Assembly (NCBI GenBank): GCA_947601445.1
Contig: CANQGD010000002.1
Span: 25,399 to 89,398 of the forward strand
Direction: 5' to 3'
Source of the DNA: an uncultured Clostridia bacterium
GTDB taxonomy: Bacteria > Bacillota > Clostridia > Christensenellales > CAG-314
DNA length: 64,000 nucleotides
In this document: piece by piece, positions 16,427-26,381 of the stretch
How the letters are laid out: each line of letters opens with the position of its first letter
Position numbering within the stretch: the stretch's first letter is position 1
Program-made: the position numbers and the translations under genes
Notes under the pieces: generated by a model
Databases searched by the model: none
The model's input: the letters and a program-made list of their open reading frames with translations, nothing else
What the model was told of the DNA's origin: nothing

Positions 16427-19078
16427 GTGGCAAAAAAATTTATTTATCTGTTTAGCGAAGGCAACGCGAATATGCGCGAAATCCTTGGCGGCAAAGGCGC
16501 AAACCTTGCGGAAATGACCAATATCGGACTGCCTGTTCCCCAAGGCTTTACTATTTCCACAGAGGCTTGTACGCAGTACTACGAGGATGGCAGACGTATC
16601 AACGACGATATTAAAGCCGACATTCTTCGTTACATCGAAAAATTGGAAAAAATTACCGGCAAAAAGTTTGGCGACAAGACAAATCCGTTGCTTGTTTCCG
16701 TACGTTCCGGTGCGCGCGCGTCAATGCCCGGCATGATGGATACTATTTTGAACCTCGGTTTAAACGACGAGGTTGTGGAAGTGCTTGCAAAGCAAAGCGG
16801 CAATCCGCGTTGGGCGTGGGATTGTTACAGACGTTTTATTCAGATGTTCTCCGATGTGGTAATGGAAGTCGGCAAAAAGTACTTTGAAATACTCATCGAC
16901 AAAATGAAAGAAAAACGCGGTATTACCTACGACGTAGAACTCACCGCCGACGATTTGAAAGAACTTGCCGGACAATTTAAGTCGGAGTATCAAGCAAAAA
17001 TAGGCAAGCCTTTCCCGCAGGACGCAAAAGAACAGTTGTTTGCCGCAGTGGAAGCAGTTTTCCGCAGTTGGGACAATCCTCGTGCAAATGTCTACCGTAT
17101 GGATCATGATATTCCTTATAGTTGGGGTACGGCTGTCAATGTTCAAATGATGGCATTCGGCAATATGGGCGACGATTGCGGCACGGGCGTTGCTTTTACG
17201 CGTAATCCCGCTACCGGCGAAAAGGGACTTATGGGCGAATTTTTGATGAATGCACAAGGCGAAGACGTTGTTGCGGGAGTTCGTACACCCATGCCTATTT
17301 CTCAGATGGCAGAAGTTTTGCCGGACGTTTACCAACAATTCCTTCAAGTTTGCGATACACTCGAACATCACTACAAAGATATGCAGGATATGGAGTTTAC
17401 GATCGAGCGCGGCAAACTTTATATGCTTCAAACCCGCAACGGCAAGCGTACCGCGGCGGCGGCTATTAAGATCGCTTGCGATTTGATCGACGAAGGCATG
17501 ATTACCGAACAGCAAGCTCTTATGCAAATAGACGCAAAGTCGTTGGATATGCTGTTGCATCCTACGTTTGACTCAAAGGCTCTTGCCGAAGCCGACAAAA
17601 ACAACGTGGTAGGCAAAGGTATTGCGGCAAGCCCCGGGGCGGCGGCAGGTACCGTTGTGTTTACTCCCGAAGACGCCGTTACTCTTGGCAAACAAAAGAA
17701 AAAAGTTATTTTGGTTCGTTTGGAAACCAGCCCCGAAGACATCGAGGGTATGAAATATGCACAAGGCATTTTGACCGTTCGCGGCGGACAAACGTCTCAC
17801 GCGGCTGTTGTTGCACGCGGAATGGGTACCTGCTGCGTATCCGGCTGCGGCGACATCAAAATGGACGAAGAAAACAAACAATTTGAGTTGGGCGGCAAAC
17901 TGTTCCACGAGGGCGATCCTATTTCTTTGGACGGCTCTACGGGTAAAATTTACGACGTGGCTATCAAGACCGTTCCGGCAGACCCCAACAGCGGTTACTT
18001 CGGACGCATTATGAAACTTGCGGACAAGTACAAGGCTTTGGAAGTCAGAACAAACGCGGATACTCCCGCAGACGCACAACGCGCAGCGGAACTCGGCGCA
18101 CAGGGTATCGGTTTGTGCCGTACCGAGCATATGTTCTTCGGCGAAGGACGTATCGACAAGTTCCGTGAGATGATCGTTTCCGAAACGGTAGAGGAGCGCG
18201 AGCGTGCTCTTGCAAAGATCGAACCTCTTCAACAAGCGGACTTCGAAGGATTGATGGAAGCGCTTCACGGACAACCCGTTATTATACGTTTCCTTGATCC
18301 GCCCCTTCACGAGTTTGTTCCCACAGATGAACGTGACATAGAAGAATTGGCAAAGGCTCAGGGCAAGACGGTTGCGCAAATTAAGCAAATTTGCAACGCT
18401 TTGCACGAATTTAACCCAATGATGGGTCATCGCGGATGCCGTTTGGCAGTTACCTATCCCGAAATTGCCGTTATGCAGACTCGCGCGGTAATCAAAGCGG
18501 CATTGAACGTACAAAAACGTCATCCGGATTGGCACGTTGTTCCCGAAATAATGATCCCGCTTGTAGGCGAAGTGAAGGAATTGGCGTTTGTCAAAAAGAC
18601 AGTTGTTGCAACCGCCGATCAAGTAATCGCAGAGAGCGGCAGCGATTTGAAATATCAAGTTGGTACAATGATCGAAATCCCTCGTGCTGCACTTACAGCC
18701 GACGAAATTGCCAAGGAAGCCGAATTCTTCTCCTTCGGCACAAACGACCTTACCCAAATGACTTTCGGTTTCAGCCGTGACGATGCAAGCAAGTTCCTGC
18801 CCAGCTACTATCAAAGCAAGATTTACGAATCCGATCCGTTTGCTCGCCTTGACACCGTTGGCGTAGGCAAATTGATGAAGATGGCTGTGGAGCTTGGTCG
18901 CAGCACCCGTCCCGAATTGCAGTGCGGTATCTGCGGCGAACACGGCGGCGATCCCAGCAGTATCGAGTTTGCTCACAACATAAACCTCACCTACGTGTCC
19001 TGCTCGCCGTATCGCGTACCAATCGCACGTTTGGCAGCGGCGCAAGCGAATATACGACATCCGAGGGCGACTAAATAG
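16427..19078 (+). CDS. ppdK: Pyruvate, phosphate dikinase
   Basis: GTG start after SD GGAGGAA. VAKKFIYLFSEGNANMREILGGKGANLAEM, the phosphohistidine region GGQTSHAAVVARGMG and the C-terminal GICGEHGGDP are all characteristic. Confidence 0.95.
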   Translation: MAKKFIYLFSEGNANMREILGGKGANLAEMTNIGLPVPQGFTISTEACTQYYEDGRRINDDIKADILRYIEKLEKITGKKFGDKTNPLLVSVRSGARASMPGMMDTILNLGLNDEVVEVLAKQSGNPRWAWDCYRRFIQMFSDVVMEVGKKYFEILIDKMKEKRGITYDVELTADDLKELAGQFKSEYQAKIGKPFPQDAKEQLFAAVEAVFRSWDNPRANVYRMDHDIPYSWGTAVNVQMMAFGNMGDDCGTGVAFTRNPATGEKGLMGEFLMNAQGEDVVAGVRTPMPISQMAEVLPDVYQQFLQVCDTLEHHYKDMQDMEFTIERGKLYMLQTRNGKRTAAAAIKIACDLIDEGMITEQQALMQIDAKSLDMLLHPTFDSKALAEADKNNVVGKGIAASPGAAAGTVVFTPEDAVTLGKQKKKVILVRLETSPEDIEGMKYAQGILTVRGGQTSHAAVVARGMGTCCVSGCGDIKMDEENKQFELGGKLFHEGDPISLDGSTGKIYDVAIKTVPADPNSGYFGRIMKLADKYKALEVRTNADTPADAQRAAELGAQGIGLCRTEHMFFGEGRIDKFREMIVSETVEERERALAKIEPLQQADFEGLMEALHGQPVIIRFLDPPLHEFVPTDERDIEELAKAQGKTVAQIKQICNALHEFNPMMGHRGCRLAVTYPEIAVMQTRAVIKAALNVQKRHPDWHVVPEIMIPLVGEVKELAFVKKTVVATADQVIAESGSDLKYQVGTMIEIPRAALTADEIAKEAEFFSFGTNDLTQMTFGFSRDDASKFLPSYYQSKIYESDPFARLDTVGVGKLMKMAVELGRSTRPELQCGICGEHGGDPSSIEFAHNINLTYVSCSPYRVPIARLAAAQANIRHPRATK

Positions 19079-19113
19079 TGGTCGATAAAAATTAAAACAC
19101 AATATATTGGTTT

Positions 19114-19147
19114 GGGGCTTATTTCTCAACGAGATAAGCCCTTTTCT
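19114..19147 (+). terminator. Rho-independent terminator after ppdK
   Basis: GGGCTTA..TCTC-AAC-GAGA-TAAGCCC followed by TTTTCTT. Confidence 0.7.
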
Positions 19148-19823
19148 TGTGCTTCTAAAAGGGTAAAAAAAACGAAAAAAATATTTCTTTCCACACAAGT
19201 TGAACAAATTGTTTTAGATTGCTTACAATAAATTTGATATTATTTTAATGGAAAAGGATCGTTTTTCGGACGAGCTTTTTCCTAATTTGCAGTGTGAGTG
19301 GTTTATATTTAAAAAAATTTTTTCGATAGGTTTAGCTTTGATTGTGTGTAAAATGTAAATGGAAACAGTATGTTTCAGTGCAGTGGTTCTTTGATTATCC
19401 CATGTTGCCCAAAGGCGACAGCGGAGAGTTTTATTAATTGCGAGAATATATTTTCGGTAAATTTGTATTTTAAATTATTTTTTATCTCTCGTAAAAATTT
19501 AATATATCGAAATTTATTTGCATTCGGTTCGAATTTCTGCTTGATTTTTTGCGCAAGCTGCTATTTTCCAAAAAGATTTGATGACATTTTTATTGAATGG
19601 GTGCATTTTTGCAATGGATTTTTTGTACGCATTTTTCATTGCGTCAATTTTTTTGACGTTTATTAACAAAGTAAATCTCAATGGTTAAATGCAAAAAAAT
19701 AGGTGCTTCCTTTTCGGTCAGAACATTTGTCAACGCGGCATTTAGAACCTATCGTTTTGAGTTGATTTTTTGGCGGCTTTATGATATTATCGGATATGCA
19801 GCTATTCAGTGGAGAAGCGTATT

Positions 19824-20246
19824 ATGAAAAGAATTACAAGTGTAATCATTGCAGCGGTAACATTAGTGTTGTGTTTTACATTATCTGCTTGCGGAAATAA
19901 ATATGTAAGCCGGTATAATGCTATGCTGATGGTAAGGACAAATACCTCAAATAAAGCGTCGGTTTCATTTGATAGTTTTAGCGGAACATACGTAATGCAA
20001 TTGAAAAACAATAGCGCAGACGAGGTGTATATTGATTATGAAGGAACGTTGGGAGAGGGAAATATAAAAGTTTACTATGATTTTAACGATGAAAAGCTGA
20101 ACTTATTTGACATTGAAACCGACGGTTCTGTTGATGGAAAAACCGAAACTTTTACAGGCAATAAAACAATTTACATAATAATTGAATCAGACGGCAAATG
20201 CAGCGACGGCAGCTTTTCGTTTGTTTTGGCAAAATCAGAGAATTAA
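19824..20246 (+). CDS. Lipoprotein, unknown function
   Basis: SD GGAGAAG. The signal peptide MKRITSVIIAAVTLVLCFTLSAC carries a lipobox (LSAC). Composition is AT-rich. Confidence 0.6.
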   Translation: MKRITSVIIAAVTLVLCFTLSACGNKYVSRYNAMLMVRTNTSNKASVSFDSFSGTYVMQLKNNSADEVYIDYEGTLGEGNIKVYYDFNDEKLNLFDIETDGSVDGKTETFTGNKTIYIIIESDGKCSDGSFSFVLAKSEN

Positions 20247-20271
20247 ATTTTAATTTAGCGGAATAACAGTT

Positions 20272-20898
20272 ATGACAGTAATTAAAGATATTCGTATATA
20301 TCGGAGTACGATTGATAATATTGACTGCAATCCTCTTCCGAAAGATTTTAAGAATAAAGAACTACATTGTATTATCCACAGAATAGTAATGAAGTTAAGA
20401 GAACACAATTTTGTTTTAGGTGATTTCGACCATTTATTTATTAACTTAACAACTTGTTCTGTTGAAAATGAAATTGCTCTTGCCAAAAGAAGTATAGATA
20501 AATATCATACTTGGTATCGTTATTATGATGCCGAAATAAACCAAGAATTTTTTGATATGCTTGAAACACCTCAATGTATACAGTTTGTAATTGAGATTGT
20601 AGAGCGGGTTTTACAAAAATACTTTTGCTCACAACAATTTGACACGCAACATATGCGCTCTTGTTTTTCAGAGGCAATCACGCAGGGTGAGAATATGTTG
20701 ATGAAATTCAAAAAAAAGAAGTCTGCAACAAACACGGCAATTATTTATTTGAGGTATATGAATAATGAGCGGTATTTTCCGCTTTTAAGAGTTTATGATA
20801 AGAACAATAATTTGCTCTTGGAAAAGGATTTACCCGAAACATTCGAACTAAATGCTTTCGGTGAAATTCAGTTAAGCAAGAAGAAGGTAACAATTTAG
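20272..20898 (+). CDS. Hypothetical cytoplasmic protein (208 aa), orphan
   Basis: Long ORF in the AT-rich islet with a weak SD. I recognise no motif. Confidence 0.5.
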   Translation: MTVIKDIRIYRSTIDNIDCNPLPKDFKNKELHCIIHRIVMKLREHNFVLGDFDHLFINLTTCSVENEIALAKRSIDKYHTWYRYYDAEINQEFFDMLETPQCIQFVIEIVERVLQKYFCSQQFDTQHMRSCFSEAITQGENMLMKFKKKKSATNTAIIYLRYMNNERYFPLLRVYDKNNNLLLEKDLPETFELNAFGEIQLSKKKVTI

Positions 20899-20982
20899 CC
20901 GAGAAACAATCCATTCGCAAGATGTCTTGAACCGATGAATTTTATATTATAAATACCGATAAATTTCAATTTGGAGAAGAAA

Positions 20983-21282
20983 ATGCCTGATTGGAATTTT
21001 TACTTAATTTTATTCGTTATAGGTGGGATTCTGACTTTACTTGAAGAAGCTGTAAAAAATGCCGACAGCATTTTTAATCGTAAAATTTTCAAATTTCTGC
21101 CTGTTAAACATATTTTTACTGCAATTGCCGTCCTTATTTGCTTGATTTCACTTATTTTATACTGCGTGGATAGGACAAACAGAATAACTTCGATTATCCT
21201 ATGTTTGATCGGAATATTTTTCATGTCAATAGTGGTCGCTATCGATGTTTTTATTGTTATTCGTAACGCCAAAAACAAATAA
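20983..21282 (+). CDS. Small membrane protein (99 aa), unknown function
   Basis: SD GGAGAAG. Three hydrophobic segments. Confidence 0.5.
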   Translation: MPDWNFYLILFVIGGILTLLEEAVKNADSIFNRKIFKFLPVKHIFTAIAVLICLISLILYCVDRTNRITSIILCLIGIFFMSIVVAIDVFIVIRNAKNK

Positions 21283-21585
21283 ATTTCAATTTTTTGCATT
21301 TTAGGGTAAGCCGTATGTCGGCGAATCCGTTTTCTTATGCCAATGGTAATTTTAAACGAAACGACAGCCCTTTGAAAGGTATGGCAATGCGCCGTTTGTA
21401 GTATCGTTTATATTTTGCGTTGACATTATTTACAATTTTGGAAAACGGATAGCCTATCCGGGATAATAGACGGAAAATTATTTAACAATTGTCTTTTTAG
21501 TGGGGCAATGCGACGCTTAACGACTTTGCATGTAATAAGCTCAAAAAAACAATTTGAAACTCTGCGCATTGCATCGGCAAATTTA

Positions 21586-21638
21586 TTGCCTCAATTGAAA
21601 AATTAGTGTATAATTGGCTTTATCGTAAAAGATACGAT
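21586..21638 (+). promoter_or_regulatory. Promoter plus downstream inverted repeat ahead of the GH31 gene
   Basis: TTGCCT (21586-21591), 17-nt spacer, TATAAT (21609-21614). The inverted repeat ATCGTA (21622-21627) / TACGAT (21633-21638) lies between the -10 and the SD. Confidence 0.45.
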
Positions 21639-21672
21639 TGTCAAGAATTTTATTCGTAAACAAAGGAGCGAC

Positions 21673-23607
21673 ATGGCTAAACAGATAATTTTCGGAAGAC
21701 CCTATGAAACGGGTGCATTGGTAAAAGAAGCGGAGACGACCGATACTCTTGAAAATTGGCAAGTAGAAAAATTTAACGATAAACTTGTGTTTCGTTGCAA
21801 ATTGACGGAAAACGACATCGTTTACGGCTTGGGAGAGCAAGTAAGAGGTATCAACAAACGCGGCGGGAGATATATAAGCTACAACACTGATAATCCCAAT
21901 CACAATGACGAGTCCCCGTCTCTTTACGGGTCGCACAATCTGCTGATAGTAGACGGAGAAAGACATTTCGGAGTCTTTTTTGATACGCCGGCGCGCGTTT
22001 TGTTCGAAATAGATTGGCAAAACAGCGGAGAGATCGTCGTTACGTGCGATCCAAACGTAAAGGTTGTGGAGTTGGCGGGAGAAAGCGCTTATGCCGTTGC
22101 CAAGGAATTTTTGTCGTTGATAGGGCAAAGTCATATTCCTCCGCTGTGGGCATTCGGTTTCGGGCAAAGCCGTTGGGGGTACAAAAACCGTAAAGATATA
22201 GATGCGGTTGCCGACGGCTATCGCAATGCGAATATTCCTCTCGATTGGATTTGTATGGATATTGATTATATGGATAGATTTATAGATTTTACCGTCAATT
22301 CCAAACGTTTTCCCGATCTTAAAGGATATGCGGAAACTCTCAAACAAAGAGGTATACGACTTGTACCTATAATAGATGCGGGAGTAAAGATAGAACCGGG
22401 TAACGATACCTACGACCAAGGCGTAAAAAACGGATATTTTTGTACCAATCACGAGGGCGAGCCCTTTAAGGCGGCAGTGTGGCCCGGAATGACGCATTTT
22501 CCCGATTTCTTTCAACCCGAAGCTCGCGAATGGTTCGGCAACGAATATCGCAAATTGACGGACCTCGGCATAGAGGGCTTTTGGAATGATATGAACGAGC
22601 CCGCGATTTTTTACAGCGAATACACGGGTATATTGAACGCGCTTGCTTCGGCACCTTCGATAGACAGTGAAAAGGAAACAAACGCATACAAAGATTACCG
22701 TAATTTCTATCACAACATCGACGGCGAAAGAGTGTTGCACGACAAAGTACACAATCTATACGGTGCGTTGATGACAAGGGCGGCAAGCGAACAGTTGAAC
22801 AAAATTTTACCTTCGCGTTTTTTGCTGTTCAGTCGTGCTTCCTATGTAGGCGCTCATCGCTACGGAGGTATCTGGACAGGAGACAACGGTTCGTCTTGGG
22901 ATCATTTGGCAAGGAATGTCAGGCAAATGCCATCCATTAACATGGTAGGTTTTCTGTATAGCGGTGCGGATACGGGAGGCTTTGGCGGCAATTGCGGCAG
23001 AGAACTTATGTTGCGTTGGCTGGCATTTTCGGTATTCACGCCTCTTATGCGCAATCATTCCGCAATACTCACAAAAAGGCAGGAATGTTATCGTTACGGC
23101 GGTCAGGAAGATTTTCAAAGCGTCGTTTCTTTGAGATATAAACTTCTTCCCTACATATATTCGGAGTTCGTAAAAGCCGCTTTGAGCGGCGACATGTACA
23201 TAAAGCCGTTGGGCTTCGAGTATTCCGACGAGCGTTCACGTCGTATCGAAGATCAGCTGTTGGTTGGTGAAAGTATTATGATAGCCCCCGTGATCGAAAA
23301 GGGAGCAAAGAGCAGAACCGTGTGGTTGCCGGAAGATATGACGGAGGTGCGTTACGATACAAACGGTTTCGGTTGCGAAAAAATACCAAAGGGGTTGCGC
23401 GAAGTCAAAGTGGCGCCCAACGAGGTGGTGTTTTATATTCGAAGCGGAAAATGCGTGCCTATTTGTAAAGGGGCGCAATGTACGTCGGAAATTAACCTGC
23501 GCGATGTGGTGTTACTCGGAGACGGCAAGGAATATCGTCAATATATAGACGACGGATTTACAAAAAACGTTACCGAAAATAATATCGTGGTACTGCAAAA
23601 AAAATAA
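21673..23607 (+). CDS. Glycoside hydrolase family 31 alpha-glucosidase
   Basis: Motifs DWICMDIDYMD, GFWNDMNEP and IWTGDN match GH31. There is no signal peptide. Confidence 0.9.
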   Translation: MAKQIIFGRPYETGALVKEAETTDTLENWQVEKFNDKLVFRCKLTENDIVYGLGEQVRGINKRGGRYISYNTDNPNHNDESPSLYGSHNLLIVDGERHFGVFFDTPARVLFEIDWQNSGEIVVTCDPNVKVVELAGESAYAVAKEFLSLIGQSHIPPLWAFGFGQSRWGYKNRKDIDAVADGYRNANIPLDWICMDIDYMDRFIDFTVNSKRFPDLKGYAETLKQRGIRLVPIIDAGVKIEPGNDTYDQGVKNGYFCTNHEGEPFKAAVWPGMTHFPDFFQPEAREWFGNEYRKLTDLGIEGFWNDMNEPAIFYSEYTGILNALASAPSIDSEKETNAYKDYRNFYHNIDGERVLHDKVHNLYGALMTRAASEQLNKILPSRFLLFSRASYVGAHRYGGIWTGDNGSSWDHLARNVRQMPSINMVGFLYSGADTGGFGGNCGRELMLRWLAFSVFTPLMRNHSAILTKRQECYRYGGQEDFQSVVSLRYKLLPYIYSEFVKAALSGDMYIKPLGFEYSDERSRRIEDQLLVGESIMIAPVIEKGAKSRTVWLPEDMTEVRYDTNGFGCEKIPKGLREVKVAPNEVVFYIRSGKCVPICKGAQCTSEINLRDVVLLGDGKEYRQYIDDGFTKNVTENNIVVLQKK

Positions 23608-23675
23608 GAACTTCAATTAAAAAATCGCCCCATATTGATTTTTTTGTCAATATGGGGCAAAATTTTTTTTCCGTG

Positions 23676-24614
23676 TCATTGCGGCGGCGCCTGGGATTTA
23701 CGTTTGGCGCGGCGTTCCATAAAAGAGGGAACGATTTCCACAAGTACGACGGCTGCAATTACCATCAAACCTCCGCCGACCGTTTGCCACATAAAAGTTT
23801 CCGCTCCTATGATCATGGACAGAAATGCGCCGATAGGACTTTCGCACGCCATTATGAGTGAAGTTTCGGAGGGCGAGAGGTGCAGTTGTGCAAAAGTTTG
23901 CGCATAGTAGGCAAATGTTGTTCCTCCCAATACTACGATTGCCAATCTCCACAAGTCGTAGTTGACGTTGAATCGTAGCGCCGAATAGTGTTTACTTTCG
24001 AATATCAGCGTAAACAATATGAACAGCACCGCCGCAAACGTTACCTGCCAAAACGTAAGCTGAACGTAATCCGTTTTGTTCTTTTTGAGCAGAAAGTCCG
24101 CCCAAACTATTTGCAGGGCAAAGGTCAAAGCGCTTACAAGTGTTATCAAATCTCCTTTTAGAGAGGCTCCGTTTTCTTTTGTCGTAAAATTGAGCAGTAC
24201 CAATCCCGCAATAGCTATTGCTGCGCCTACGAAGATTATGTAGTGAGGACGTTTACGATATACAATCCAACTTATAAACGGTACCAATACGATATAAAAT
24301 GCGGTAAAAAATCCGCTATGAGAAGGCGTAGTGTATTTCATTCCGATAAGCTGCGCCAAAAAACCGATAAAAAGCAATGCTCCGCCCACGCTGCCGTAAA
24401 GCAAAATGTGTTTGTTGAATTTTATTTTTTTGTTGAAAATGGCAAGCAAAAGCAATGCCGATACTCCGAATCGAAGCGAATTGAGCAACGAAGGCGTGTC
24501 TGCAAAAGTGGTTAACAGCTGCGCGTTGAGGACAAAACCCGCTCCCCAAAATATTGCTACCGCGCTTAGCATTATCAAACCGATCAAATGTTGCTTTTTA
24601 CTTGTGTTTTCCAT
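23676..24614 (-). CDS. EamA/DMT family transporter
   Basis: About 10 TM helices, starting MENTSKKQHLIGLIMLSAVAIFWGAGFV, with the duplicated EamA architecture. Confidence 0.8.
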   Translation of the reverse strand: MENTSKKQHLIGLIMLSAVAIFWGAGFVLNAQLLTTFADTPSLLNSLRFGVSALLLLAIFNKKIKFNKHILLYGSVGGALLFIGFLAQLIGMKYTTPSHSGFFTAFYIVLVPFISWIVYRKRPHYIIFVGAAIAIAGLVLLNFTTKENGASLKGDLITLVSALTFALQIVWADFLLKKNKTDYVQLTFWQVTFAAVLFILFTLIFESKHYSALRFNVNYDLWRLAIVVLGGTTFAYYAQTFAQLHLSPSETSLIMACESPIGAFLSMIIGAETFMWQTVGGGLMVIAAVVLVEIVPSFMERRAKRKSQAPPQ

Positions 24615-24831
24615 AATAATAACAAAACGGCAAACTAAAATATTAGTCTGTCGTTGCTTTGCCGAGGCGAATGGACACGGGATTTCTCCCACATTTCCGT
24701 CGGATATTCATTTGTATTAAAGTATATGCAAGTTCATCGATTTTGTCAACCGTTGAAAATATTTTTTTGTTGTTTCCATTTATGCGGCGGGTATATTGTC
24801 AAACTATTTTTTGCCGATTGATTTCAAATAA

Positions 24832-24860
24832 TTGCATTTAGTTGCAACTAATGCTAAAAT
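24832..24860 (+). promoter_or_regulatory. Promoter of the malQ-glgB-glgP-GH13 operon with a palindromic operator in the spacer
   Basis: TTGCAT (24832-24837), 17-nt spacer, TAAAAT (24855-24860). The spacer holds the perfect 12-bp palindrome TAGTTGCAACTA (24839-24850), extendable to GCAT-T-TAGTTGCAACTA-ATGC. Confidence 0.5.
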
Positions 24861-24906
24861 ATACTTTGTGTGGACATTTGCACACAATTTATATTTGAGG
24901 AAAAAT

Positions 24907-26379
24907 ATGAGAACAAGCGGAATTTTGTTACACATTACTTCTCTGCCGTCCGATAGCGGCGTCGGCACTCTTGCCGAAGCGGACAGATTTATTCAATTTT
25001 TGCGCGAGTCCAAACAAAAGTATTGGCAAATTCTCCCGATAACCCCAACCGATTTCGTAAATTCACCCTATGCTTCTCCGTCGGCTTTTGCAGGCAATAC
25101 GCTTGTTATAGACGCGGAGGAACTTTTTGCTGACGGTTTGATAAGTTCGGAGACTTTGGCAGATTCGAAACGTGCGCGCGGAAACGACTACGGTTACGCT
25201 ATTTATCACAAAGATTTGATTTTGCGCGAAGCATTCGAAAACTTTTCTAAAAATAATCCCACTCGCGAATATGAGGAGTTTTGCGATCGCAATGCCTATT
25301 GGTTGCAGGATTACGCATTGTTCTGCGCGATAAAAAAGCATTTTCAAGGAAAATCATGGTTGGAATGGGATGACGAGGACATTCGTATGCGCAAACCGGA
25401 CGCCTTGGAAAAATATGCGCAAATGCTTTCCGACGAGATAGATTACACTGTGTTTTGTCAGTATGTTTTTGACAGGCAGTGGAAAAAATTCAGGGCAAAG
25501 CTCTCAAAGGCGAAAATCAAACTTATCGGCGATATTCCGATATATGTGGCTTACGATTCGGCAGATGTTTGGGCGCACCCCGAGCTGTTTGATCTTACAA
25601 AAGATCGCAGACCGAGTTGGGTGGCGGGAGTTCCGCCGGATTATTTCAGCGAAGACGGTCAACTGTGGGGAAATCCTCTCTACGATTGGGACGCAATGAA
25701 AAAACAGGGCTTCGATTGGTGGACGCGGCGCGTAGGCAAATGCGCAGAATTGATGGATGTGCTTCGTATAGACCATTTTCGTGCTTTCGACAGCTACTAT
25801 GCCGTAAAATACGGTGAAAAAACGGCACGCAAAGGACATTGGCGCAAGGGTATAGGGTACGATTTCCTAAAACATATCCAAGACAGTTTTCCGGATTTGA
25901 CAATTATTGCCGAGGACCTTGGCGATATTCCCAAAAGCGTGTTGGAACTCAGAGACAAATGCGGTCTGGCGGGAATGAAAATAGTTCAATTCGGATGCGA
26001 CGGCAATCCCGACAATCCGTTTCTTCCCGACAATTTCAACGAACACTGCGTCGCGTATCTCGGAACGCACGACAACGACACAACTCTCGGGTGGTGGCAA
26101 AGTTTGCAGCCATGGCAGCAGCAAACGGCGCTGAACGTTACGGGACTTGCAAACGGAGAGCATATATCGCGCAGTCTTTTGGAAATACTTGCAAAAAGTA
26201 AGTCCGAATTGGTAATTTACAGCATGCAGGACATAGCAGAAAACGACACGACGGCGCGAATGAATATTCCCGGCACTTTGGGTTGCTGGAAATATATGGC
26301 AAAGCGCGGTGATTTTTCCCGTGCGAACGCCGATTGGCTCAAAGCGCTGACAATACAAACTCGCAGAACGGAGGACTGA
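24907..26379 (+). CDS. malQ: 4-alpha-glucanotransferase (amylomaltase, GH77)
   Basis: MRTSGILLHITSLPSDSGVGTL is the classic MalQ N-terminus. Also DHFRAF and IAEDLG. Confidence 0.9.
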   Translation: MRTSGILLHITSLPSDSGVGTLAEADRFIQFLRESKQKYWQILPITPTDFVNSPYASPSAFAGNTLVIDAEELFADGLISSETLADSKRARGNDYGYAIYHKDLILREAFENFSKNNPTREYEEFCDRNAYWLQDYALFCAIKKHFQGKSWLEWDDEDIRMRKPDALEKYAQMLSDEIDYTVFCQYVFDRQWKKFRAKLSKAKIKLIGDIPIYVAYDSADVWAHPELFDLTKDRRPSWVAGVPPDYFSEDGQLWGNPLYDWDAMKKQGFDWWTRRVGKCAELMDVLRIDHFRAFDSYYAVKYGEKTARKGHWRKGIGYDFLKHIQDSFPDLTIIAEDLGDIPKSVLELRDKCGLAGMKIVQFGCDGNPDNPFLPDNFNEHCVAYLGTHDNDTTLGWWQSLQPWQQQTALNVTGLANGEHISRSLLEILAKSKSELVIYSMQDIAENDTTARMNIPGTLGCWKYMAKRGDFSRANADWLKALTIQTRRTED

Positions 26380-26381
26380 CG

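Noticed and set aside
17573-19207. 544-aa minus-strand ORF
   Set aside because: It is entirely antisense to ppdK, whose product has unmistakable PPDK motifs. The antisense translation is low-complexity (R/C/F-rich) and has no SD. It is a shadow ORF.
19370-19666. 98-aa plus-strand ORF in the AT-rich region
   Set aside because: It has no SD and extremely skewed F/I/N/C composition typical of random AT-rich sequence. The opposite strand shows broken frames, so I treat the region as decayed/non-coding.
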